Origin: Thermodesulfobacteriota bacterium
GTDB lineage: Bacteria > Desulfobacterota > WTBG01 > JAGOGO01
Direction of reading: 5' to 3'
Length of the DNA: 32,000 nucleotides
Assembly (NCBI GenBank): GCA_026625185.1
Contig: CP113000.1
Location: 2,055,622-2,087,621 of the forward strand
Positions 9,500-16,669 of this stretch are shown here, in pieces. The notes under the pieces were generated by a model. It made no database searches. It was not told where the DNA came from and worked only from the letters and a program-made list of their open reading frames with translations. Positions within the stretch are counted from its first letter, which is position 1. Each line of letters opens with the position of its first letter. The position numbers and the translations under genes were made by a program.

Positions 9500-9597
9500 G
9501 GTGAAACATATTGATTTTTTTTGTATTATTAAGATAAAATTTCATTATGGTGAAAAAAATATTGTTTTTTTGTATTATTAAGATAATATTTAATTTC
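9500..9597 (+). repeat. Tandem duplication (2 x 49 bp) immediately upstream of the hydrogenase promoter
   Basis: Unit 1 is ggtgaaacatattgattttttttgtattattaagataaaatttcattat. Unit 2 is ggtgaaaaaaatattgtttttttgtattattaagataatatttaatttc. The core tttgtattattaagataa sits at the same offset in both units. Confidence 0.8.
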
Positions 9598-9619
9598 GGG
9601 AGGAAGAAATTTTTACTGT

Positions 9620-9635
9620 TGGTATAAGTTGTGCA
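9620..9635 (+). promoter_or_regulatory. Sigma-54 (-24/-12) type promoter for the hydrogenase operon
   Basis: TGGTATAAGTTGTGCA has GG at 9621-9622 and GC at 9633-9634, with the canonical 12-nt G-to-G spacing (consensus TGGCAC-N5-TTGCA). It lies about 80 nt upstream of the 9715 start. An NtrC-type activator is encoded in the window. Confidence 0.55.
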
Positions 9636-9714
9636 ATCTCCAAAATCAATTATGGTTTAACTTCAATTAATTTTATTTAAAAAAGATAAGGTTAAATTCA
9701 GTAGGAGGCAGATT

Positions 9715-10764
9715 ATGGAATTAAAGAAAATTGATAAGCCTGATCTAGGTCTCTTTCTTCAGAATCTTATCAAGGATTTTCAGGTGGAGGGGGTTAAAAG
9801 AAAAGGGCAGTCTGTTTATGGCCAGTCCTTTTTTTATGGTTCAATCAATGCTCCCGATGAGCTATGCTTGGATTTTGACTGTACGACCATGCCTCCCAAA
9901 AAGTATTTTATCCCCCCCAAAGAAGAATTGCTTAAATTCACTATCGCCCCTAAACCGGAAGTTGCTGAGGTGATCGAAAGCAAACCGCTTATAATCTTTG
10001 GCGTCCATCCTTATGACCTTAAGGCTGTTAATCAAATGGATAAAATCTTTAGCGAAGGGAACCCGGATCCCAATTATTTAAAACGAAGAGAAGGAATTTT
10101 ACTTATTGGGGTTGATCCGACAAAGGTTTCCCCTCGTTCTTTCTGGAACTCCATGGAGGCAGCTTCAGTATCATCAGGCTTTGATTTGATGCTCACGGAT
10201 ATCGGCGAAAGCTATCTGGTAGAGGTAGGAACCGATAAGGGCGGCAATCTTCTCAAAAAGTATGCAAAGGTTAGCTCAGTTACTAAGGAAGAAGAACAAA
10301 AGCGAATCGACGTCAGATCTAAGATCTGGAATATGTGTAAAAAAAGAGCGCTGAACTTTCCTATGCGAGAACTGCCTTCTTTGTTGGTTAATTCTCTGAA
10401 TAGTCCTCTTTGGGATGAAAAAGCGAGCAAATGTCTTAGTTGTGTGACCTGTAATATGGTTTGCCCGACGTGCTACTGTTTCGATGTATGGGATGATGTT
10501 GAGCTTGACCTTACCCATGGGCAACGTTATCGCCGTTGGGACGGATGCTTAGCTTCTGATTTTGCAAAAGTTGCCACCGGAGAGAATTTTCGCGAGACTC
10601 GGGCTGCAAGATACCGTCATCGTTTTCTCCGCAAAGGACAATACCTGTTTTCTAAATTAAATGATGCTGCGTGTGTGGGGTGTGGCCGATGTGCGGCATA
10701 TTGTCTCCCTGATATTGCCGATCCGGTGGATGTCTTTAATAGATTAAAGGAAGCTGTGAAATAA
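9715..10764 (+). CDS. hyhB: Group 3b [NiFe]-hydrogenase beta subunit (AsrA/HydB-like 4Fe-4S protein)
   Basis: Cys motifs CLSCVTCNMVCPTCYC and CVGCGRCAAYCLP. RBS AGGAGG precedes the ATG. It is the first gene of a tightly packed four-gene set with a gamma/delta/alpha order typical of sulfhydrogenase-type enzymes. Confidence 0.8.
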   Translation: MELKKIDKPDLGLFLQNLIKDFQVEGVKRKGQSVYGQSFFYGSINAPDELCLDFDCTTMPPKKYFIPPKEELLKFTIAPKPEVAEVIESKPLIIFGVHPYDLKAVNQMDKIFSEGNPDPNYLKRREGILLIGVDPTKVSPRSFWNSMEAASVSSGFDLMLTDIGESYLVEVGTDKGGNLLKKYAKVSSVTKEEEQKRIDVRSKIWNMCKKRALNFPMRELPSLLVNSLNSPLWDEKASKCLSCVTCNMVCPTCYCFDVWDDVELDLTHGQRYRRWDGCLASDFAKVATGENFRETRAARYRHRFLRKGQYLFSKLNDAACVGCGRCAAYCLPDIADPVDVFNRLKEAVK

Positions 10765-10778
10765 GGAGGGAATCTATC

Positions 10779-11615
10779 ATGAATCATTCGATGCCAGACG
10801 GTTCTCCTTATGTACCCAAGTGGGCGGAGATTTCCCGAATCGAGAAGCTTACGGAAAGTGAGAAACTTTTTGAATTACGCCTCTCGAATGGGCAGCCGTT
10901 GGGTCATAAGCCCGGTCAGTTTGTAGAAGTATCTGTTCTGGGGATTGGAGAGGCTCCCATATCAATTTCTTCTCCCCCAATAAATGATAATTCTTTTGAA
11001 CTGGCAGTTCGAAAGGTAGGGAATGTTACCAATGCGATGCACAACCTTGGGGTTGGGGGCAAGCTTGGAATTCGAGGACCTTTTGGCACCAATTTTCCAA
11101 TTGATGAAGCTAAGGGGAAAGATATTTTATTTGTGGCTGGAGGAATCGGGTTGGTTCCCTTACGGTCCTTTATCAAATTTGTGCTGGAAAATAGAAAAGA
11201 CTATGGAGAGGTTACGGTCTTATTCGGTGCCCGTAATCCCTCGGAGCAGCTTTTTCTCAGCGAACTTGAGCAATGGAGGGGGAGAAAGGATATCTCGTAC
11301 CTGGAGACAGTAGATCGAGCCGACGAAAATTGGAAAGGAAACGTTGGGGTTATCACCACCCTTTTTCCTAAAGTTCAAGTTGATCCTGCTAAAACGATAT
11401 GTGTTGTGGTTGGCCCTCCGGTAATGTATCGATTTGTTATCATGGAGACAAAAGCGAAGGGCATACCGGACAAGCAAATTTTCCTTTCCCTCGAAAGAAG
11501 AATGAAGTGTGGACTGGGGAAATGCGGTCATTGCCAGATCAATAATATTTATGTCTGTCAGGATGGTCCGGTGTTAAGGTATTCGGATATCTTTGCTTTA
11601 GAGGAGGCGCTGTGA
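10779..11615 (+). CDS. hyhG: Group 3b [NiFe]-hydrogenase gamma subunit (AsrB/HydG-like FAD/NAD(P)-binding, 2Fe-2S)
   Basis: Ferredoxin-NADP reductase-like layout: GQFVEVSV, then a GGIGLVPL nucleotide-binding loop, then a C-terminal CGLGKCGHCQ...C cluster motif. RBS AGGAGGGA is present. Confidence 0.8.
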   Translation: MNHSMPDGSPYVPKWAEISRIEKLTESEKLFELRLSNGQPLGHKPGQFVEVSVLGIGEAPISISSPPINDNSFELAVRKVGNVTNAMHNLGVGGKLGIRGPFGTNFPIDEAKGKDILFVAGGIGLVPLRSFIKFVLENRKDYGEVTVLFGARNPSEQLFLSELEQWRGRKDISYLETVDRADENWKGNVGVITTLFPKVQVDPAKTICVVVGPPVMYRFVIMETKAKGIPDKQIFLSLERRMKCGLGKCGHCQINNIYVCQDGPVLRYSDIFALEEAL

Positions 11616-12355
11616 TGGATAAACCAAGAGTAGCTTTTTTTGATTTTGCGAGCTGCGAGGGTGATCAGCTCCAAATCGTAAACCTGGAAGAGGACCTCTT
11701 GAAGGTAGTTGGGGCGGTAGATGTTGTGAGTTTCAGGGAAGCCATGAAAGGGCACTCGGACAATTATGACATCGCCTTTGTTGAGGGTTCGATTACTCGT
11801 CGCTCAGATGAACCGAGGCTTTTGGAAATTCGTAAAAATGCAAAAATTTTAGTAGCAATTGGAGCATGCGCTACGATAGGGGGCGTTAACTTGCTCAAAA
11901 ATTTTCAGGACCTGGAAAGCGTAAGAAAATTTGTTTATGGAGATAAGTTTTTCCAGTATGAGACCTACCCGGCCCGACCTATCAAAGCAGTGGTTCCGGT
12001 AGATCTCGAAATCCATCAATGTCCTATAAATCGGGATGAATTTGTCATGGCATTTAAAGCGCTTCTTATGGGGAAAAAACCGGAATTTCCCAATTATCCG
12101 GTATGCGAGGACTGTAAAAAAGCTGAAAATATTTGCGTTTTCGAAATGGGGATGACCTGCATGGGACCGGTTACCCGAGCAGGTTGCGGAGCTTGTTGCG
12201 TTGTGGAAGGAAGCGTGTGCTGGGGATGCCGTGGATTTATTGATCATCCCAATGCGGACTCGGAAAGAGAAGTCTTGGCTAAGTATGGTCTGAGTGTAGG
12301 CGACATTCTTAAAAAATTTCGACTTTACACTGGCTTTTCGGAGGTGTCAAAATGA
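11615..12355 (+). CDS. hyhS: Group 3b [NiFe]-hydrogenase small (delta) subunit; the track ORF starts at GTG 11612
   Basis: RVAFFDFASCEGDQLQ, GACATIGG, and the C-terminal Cys-rich CPINRDEF...CEDCK...CMGPVTRAGCGACC...CWGCRG are characteristic of small subunits of cytoplasmic hydrogenases. GAGGAGG lies 7 nt before the ATG at 11615. The start overlaps the hyhG stop. Confidence 0.85.
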   Translation: MDKPRVAFFDFASCEGDQLQIVNLEEDLLKVVGAVDVVSFREAMKGHSDNYDIAFVEGSITRRSDEPRLLEIRKNAKILVAIGACATIGGVNLLKNFQDLESVRKFVYGDKFFQYETYPARPIKAVVPVDLEIHQCPINRDEFVMAFKALLMGKKPEFPNYPVCEDCKKAENICVFEMGMTCMGPVTRAGCGACCVVEGSVCWGCRGFIDHPNADSEREVLAKYGLSVGDILKKFRLYTGFSEVSK

Positions 12356-13626
12356 ATGGTAAAAAAGTCATACAGATTCACCATGTTACCCGCATAGAGG
12401 GTCATGGAAATATCGATATTCAAATTAAAGACGGTAAGGTAGATAAATGTCAGTGGCAGATAGTTGAGGCTCCTCGATTTTTCGAAGCCGCGCTTCGGGG
12501 ACGAAAATGGAATGAAGCCGCCCACATTACCTCGAGGATCTGTGCAATTTGTTCCATTGGCCACACCCTCTGTTCGTTAAAAGCTACTGAGGCAGCCCTG
12601 GGCATCACAATATCCGAACAGACCCTTAAACTCCGCAAACTGTTGATAAATGGCGAGACTCTTCAGAGCCACATTCTTCACTTGGGATACCTGGTAGTTC
12701 CTGACCTTGTAGGAGCGCCGAGCGTTATTCCTCTCGCTTCCACCCATCCGGCAGAAGTGCTTCTCGTTGTCCGACTTCATCGCTTGGCTAATGAAATGTC
12801 CGACCTGATCGGGGGTCGCACCATTCACCCCCAGCGTCCGGTGGTAGGAGGATTTGCCAAGTGGCCGACCGTGGCCGAATTGGAGAACCTATACCAAAAA
12901 TTAGAATCAGCGCAATCTGATGTCATGACATTGGCAGGTTTTGTCAAAGGTCTTGCCCCGAATTTTCCAAAATTTTCTCGGGAGACTGAATATATTGGAC
13001 TCACTCACCCTACTGAATATGCGTTCTACGAAGGAGAGATCGCTTCTACCGATGGAGGAAAATGGCCGGTAGATAACTATAAGAGCATTGTTAATGAATA
13101 CTTAGTTCCGCATTCTACTGCCAAGTTTGCCCGGCACAAACGGGATGCTTATATGGTGGGTGCTCTTGCTCGTTTCAATTTGAACTATAACAAACTTCTC
13201 CCCGGAGCCAAGAAGCTTGCTGATGATGTTGGTCTTAAACCCATCAACTTCAATCCCTTTATGAATAATGTGGCCCAGCTGGTGGAAGTAGCTCATGCTT
13301 TTGAAGACTCAATGCAATTAACAAAAAAACTTTTAGAGAAATGGGATCCAGAAGAAAAACCGATTGTTTCTGTTAAAGCAGGACTGGGTTCCGGATCTGT
13401 TGAAGTGCCCAGAGGAATCCTTTTTCATGAATATGAATATAATAAAGATGGTGAGATTGTTTGGGCTAATTGTGTAATCCCCACCAACCAGAACCATGCA
13501 AATATCCAAAAGGACATGGAAGCTCTGGTGGAGGAGATTAAAGAACGTCCACAAGAAGAAATTGAATTAATGGTGGAGATGCTGGTGCGGGCTTATGATC
13601 CCTGTGTTTCATGTTCCACCCATTAA
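12352..13626 (+). CDS. hyhL: Group 3b [NiFe]-hydrogenase large (alpha) subunit
   Basis: N-terminal RIEGHG and RICAICSIGH (L1, RxCxxCxxxH). C-terminal DPCVSCSTH (L2, DPCxxCxxH) is followed directly by the stop codon. ATGA start/stop overlap with hyhS. Confidence 0.9.
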   Translation: MNGKKVIQIHHVTRIEGHGNIDIQIKDGKVDKCQWQIVEAPRFFEAALRGRKWNEAAHITSRICAICSIGHTLCSLKATEAALGITISEQTLKLRKLLINGETLQSHILHLGYLVVPDLVGAPSVIPLASTHPAEVLLVVRLHRLANEMSDLIGGRTIHPQRPVVGGFAKWPTVAELENLYQKLESAQSDVMTLAGFVKGLAPNFPKFSRETEYIGLTHPTEYAFYEGEIASTDGGKWPVDNYKSIVNEYLVPHSTAKFARHKRDAYMVGALARFNLNYNKLLPGAKKLADDVGLKPINFNPFMNNVAQLVEVAHAFEDSMQLTKKLLEKWDPEEKPIVSVKAGLGSGSVEVPRGILFHEYEYNKDGEIVWANCVIPTNQNHANIQKDMEALVEEIKERPQEEIELMVEMLVRAYDPCVSCSTH

Positions 13627-13676
13627 TGGAAATATTTAAAATATTTTAATCTTATCGAAGAAAAAGGAGAATGTAA

Positions 13677-14087
13677 GTGATGGATAAGCCAAAAATCCTT
13701 ATCATCGATGACGATGCCGATGCCGTTGAGCTCATTCGCATTGCCTTAGAAGCCAATAATTATGATGTTTTTAGTGCTGGGAATGGGACTGAGGGACTCG
13801 CGTTAGTTAAAAAAATCCGTCCGGATCTTATTATTCTTGACGTAATGATGGATAGTGCCACTGAAGGTTTTCAAGTTTCCTATCAGATCAAGAGCAATGA
13901 CCCAAAATCTGAATACCGAGACTTCTGCCGGACCCCGATTATTATGATGACCGGGATATCTCAACAGATGCATATGAAATTTTCCCCAACCCAAGATGGT
14001 GATTACCTTCCGGTAGAGGAATTTTTAGAAAAACCTGTCCGGGTTGATCCGTTGTTGGAAAAGATCAGAAAATTGTTGAAGCGGTAA
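13677..14087 (+). CDS. Single-domain response regulator (receiver only)
   Basis: ILIIDDDADA, LIILDVMMD (phospho-acceptor Asp), IIMMTG, EKPV. There is no output domain. RBS AAGGAG is present. Confidence 0.85.
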   Translation: MMDKPKILIIDDDADAVELIRIALEANNYDVFSAGNGTEGLALVKKIRPDLIILDVMMDSATEGFQVSYQIKSNDPKSEYRDFCRTPIIMMTGISQQMHMKFSPTQDGDYLPVEEFLEKPVRVDPLLEKIRKLLKR

Positions 14088-14160
14088 AGATAAATAGAAA
14101 TGTGGGATGGTTGAGAGACCTGCGAAGAATATTTCCCTTTCTTACATCACAAACATATAT

Positions 14161-14265
14161 CGTGCTGCGGATCAGCGGGCTGACGGACACGCGAGCAAGT
14201 TCGCGGGGTCAGCTGTCCGTTGCAACCGCTTGATGGCCAGGCGCGAAGCGTCAGCGTCATCGTTG
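14161..14265. other. GC-rich structured island in the RR-HK spacer: either a candidate cis-regulatory RNA or an antisense remnant of a receiver-domain gene
   Basis: Local GC is clearly higher than the flanks. Nested helices: atcagcgg (14171-14178) with ccgcttgat (14226-14234); gctgac (14179-14184) with gtcagc (14208-14213); cgcgag (14190-14195) with ttcgcg (14200-14205). A competing helix pairs acggaca (14183-14189) with tgtccgt (14214-14220). The minus strand reads RFIINDDADASRLAIKRLQ with no start codon. Confidence 0.4.
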
Positions 14266-14331
14266 ATTATAAAACGAACCCCCCCTCAAATGAATATCTT
14301 AATGGTCTACCCAAAATTCGGCTCATAACAA

Positions 14332-16188
14332 ATGGATGAGCATCAGGAAATAAAAGCTCTTTTTTATGAGAAGGGAAGGGAAGAACCACTTTCGAAAGTT
14401 GGGTGGTGGATCCTGCTAAGGTGGATTTTGCTGGGCGTGACCATTCTTGCCGGCCTTACCGGCAACTTTCTCCTTAATTTAAAGCTTCCTCTCGCCCACA
14501 TCTTATTGCTTTGTTGTTTAACTGCTTTTTTGAATGCCCTTCTCCATTATCAACTCTTCACTCTTAAAAAAGCTCCTTCCTTTGAGTTTAATCTCGTTGA
14601 CCGGATTACGTATATTCAGTTTGGAACCGATCTCGTATTTATTGCCGGGATTTTTAACGATACCGGAGGAATTGCCAGCCCGTTATTATTTTACTTCCTT
14701 TTCCATGTTATCCTCAGTGGGGTTTTGCTGGAGCGATGGGCCTGCTTCCTTTATGTCAGTTTGGTGGCCCTGATGATTCTCACCTTATCCTTTTTTGAAT
14801 TTATCGGCTTTGTCCCCCATGTTTACAGGGCCTCGTTTATATCCAAAGACCTCCAGGATAACCCTTTTTTTGTTTTTTTTCTCCTTTTTTTCTTTCTCAT
14901 GGTGCTTTTCATTTCCAGCTCCCTGATCTCTACCCTGCTTAAGCGTTTGCGAGAAAGAATATCGCAGCTCACCGAACTTGAAGAAAAATTGGAGGATACC
15001 AACCACAGGTTGGAAACCCTAAATCTGATTGCTGTAAAAACTGCTACCACCCTTGGGCTTACCCCGAGGCTGGATTTGATTTGTGGGAGCGTCAGGGAGC
15101 TCATGGGAGTTAAAGGAGTCCTTATCCGACTGTTGGACGAGAGGACGAATCGGCTTGAAATAGTGTCATCCTGTGGTTTAAGTGATGCTTATATTAAAAC
15201 CGGCCCTATCGATTTGGACAAAAGCTATTCACGAACTTTAAAAGGAAAACCGCACGTCGTGTTAGATATTACTTCTGAACCTTCGTTACAGTATCCGGAA
15301 GAGATTAAGAAAGAAGGTATTGTGAGCATGCTTGCTGTTCCCTTGCAGGGGAGGGAAAAAGTCATCGGCACGTTGCGTCTTTTTACTAGTGAAAGAAGAG
15401 AATTTACCCAAGAAGAAATTGACTTTGTTTCGGCCTTGGCCAGTCAAGGAGCTATCTCCATAGAAAATGCGAGGTTTTACGACGTGTTGAAGCGGCAAGA
15501 TGAGGCAAAAAATGATTTTATTATTTTAATGACTCATGAGTTGAAAGCTCCCTTGAGCGCGATTCAGGGACTTCTGGATGTTATGCGTAAAGGTTACGTG
15601 GGAGCCATTACTGATAAACAAAAAGAACTGATTGAACGGATGCAAAAGCGAATTGACTCGGTTTTAGAGCTCTCGGCTGAATTGCTTGATATTTATAAAT
15701 GGCAGTCAAAGGGGGTTATTGATATGGCATTGACGTCGGTATCCCTAAAAGATCAAATTCAAAAAGCAGAAGACCTTTTTAAACTAATTGCTCAGAAAAA
15801 AAGCATAAAAATATCTTACGAAGTGCCCGACGAGCAGGTAAATGTAAAAGCTGGAGAGGAAGAGCTGGAGAAAGTGCTCAATAACCTGATCAGTAACGCT
15901 ATAAAATATACGCCTATTGGAGGGAATATCTCCGTTGTCCTTAGATTGGTGGATAAGCAGGTGACCCTTCGCGTTAAGGATAACGGGATTGGGATTTCCT
16001 CCGAGGATGTGCCGAAGATATTTAATGAATTTTTCCGCACCAAGGAAGCAAAGGTGATTGATCCGGAAGGAAGTGGTTTGGGATTGCCTTTTGTGAAAAA
16101 AATTGTGGAATCCCTTGGTGGTACGATCCGAGTGAAAAGCGAAAAAGGGCAGGGAACAGAATTTATGGTAACCCTTCCTAGAATTTAA
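14332..16188 (+). CDS. Membrane sensor histidine kinase with an N-terminal multi-TM region, GAF domain, HisKA and HATPase_c
   Basis: About 190 aa of hydrophobic helices. A GAF-like central region (LAVPLQGREKVIGTLRLF). H-box MTHELKAPLS. N/G boxes NLISNAIKYT, DNGIGI, GSGLGL. Confidence 0.85.
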   Translation: MDEHQEIKALFYEKGREEPLSKVGWWILLRWILLGVTILAGLTGNFLLNLKLPLAHILLLCCLTAFLNALLHYQLFTLKKAPSFEFNLVDRITYIQFGTDLVFIAGIFNDTGGIASPLLFYFLFHVILSGVLLERWACFLYVSLVALMILTLSFFEFIGFVPHVYRASFISKDLQDNPFFVFFLLFFFLMVLFISSSLISTLLKRLRERISQLTELEEKLEDTNHRLETLNLIAVKTATTLGLTPRLDLICGSVRELMGVKGVLIRLLDERTNRLEIVSSCGLSDAYIKTGPIDLDKSYSRTLKGKPHVVLDITSEPSLQYPEEIKKEGIVSMLAVPLQGREKVIGTLRLFTSERREFTQEEIDFVSALASQGAISIENARFYDVLKRQDEAKNDFIILMTHELKAPLSAIQGLLDVMRKGYVGAITDKQKELIERMQKRIDSVLELSAELLDIYKWQSKGVIDMALTSVSLKDQIQKAEDLFKLIAQKKSIKISYEVPDEQVNVKAGEEELEKVLNNLISNAIKYTPIGGNISVVLRLVDKQVTLRVKDNGIGISSEDVPKIFNEFFRTKEAKVIDPEGSGLGLPFVKKIVESLGGTIRVKSEKGQGTEFMVTLPRI

Positions 16189-16389
16189 GCAAAGATAATC
16201 TATTTATATTATTCCGTTTGAGATAATCCCCGGTTACCCCTGAGTTTTTATTTTTTACCTCGTTTTGTGAGTTCGTTACCCCTTTATAGATTTTTCATGA
16301 CTTCCTGATTCAGTTTTCAGCAGAAAAGTTTCCCCAGTACGGAGAAGGACCAATAGGCGTGTTTTTCGTTTAAAAAAGATGAAAAGTTT

Positions 16390-16402
16390 TTACAGGCTGT
16401 AA
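16390..16402 (+). promoter_or_regulatory. Perfect 6-1-6 palindrome TTACAG-G-CTGTAA, candidate activator binding site
   Basis: It is a perfect inverted repeat. The extended string tttttacagg.tgt.aaa is shared with 9401-9419, at a similar distance from a sigma-54-type promoter. Confidence 0.3.
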
Positions 16403-16620
16403 AAGTTGGAGAAAAATATTTTCTTTTTCCTTTTAAAAAATTGTCGCAAGGTTTAATGAACGAAAAATGACTTTAGAACTTCAAAAAATAAACGAGGTTT
16501 TTTTTTATTGCCGCCTGAAAAACCTGATGAATTTATTGTTTTCCGTTAAAAGATGATCGGAAAGTAATTAACGAAAAAAATTAGTAATAATTAACCCCTG
16601 AAAATCGTGTTGCTTTATAT

Positions 16621-16636
16621 TGGCATAACCTTTGCT
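16621..16636 (+). promoter_or_regulatory. Sigma-54 (-24/-12) type promoter for the RR-HK-NtrC operon
   Basis: TGGCATAACCTTTGCT has GG at 16622-16623 and GC at 16634-16635 with canonical spacing. It is a near-consensus match to TGGCAC-N5-TTGCW. It lies about 35 nt upstream of the 16670 start. Confidence 0.65.
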
Positions 16637-16669
16637 TTCCCTTTAGATTAGTTTTTAAAGGTGGTGCTA

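Larger units (their letters stand above)
9146..9597. repeat. Segmental repeat, copy B (paralog of 6062-6832), with the CBS gene body deleted and the distal about 49-bp unit duplicated in tandem
   Basis: See copy A. Relative to A, copy B lacks the equivalent of 6170-6530. It carries two tandem units (9500-9548 and 9549-9597) where A has one (6784-6832). Confidence 0.85.

Noticed and set aside
9387-9581. 64-aa + strand ORF in the hydrogenase upstream region; also ORFs 6381..6636
   Set aside because: They are low-complexity translations of AT-rich duplicated control DNA, have no RBS, and overlap the tandem 49-bp units.
9500-9597. Tandem 49-bp repeats considered as a mini CRISPR array
   Set aside because: There are only two directly abutting units with no spacers, they are AT-rich and diverged, and no cas genes are present. 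This is not a CRISPR.
14179-14220. Apparent H-type pseudoknot (gctgac/gtcagc interleaved with ggaca/tgtcc)
   Set aside because: The two helices would be joined by zero-length loops on both sides, which is sterically implausible. The pairings are better read as mutually exclusive alternative helices.
14107-14328. 73-aa + strand ORF between the RR and the GAF kinase
   Set aside because: It has no RBS and an Arg/Ala-rich composition atypical for this genome. It simply reads across the GC-rich island, which is treated instead as a structured element or gene remnant.
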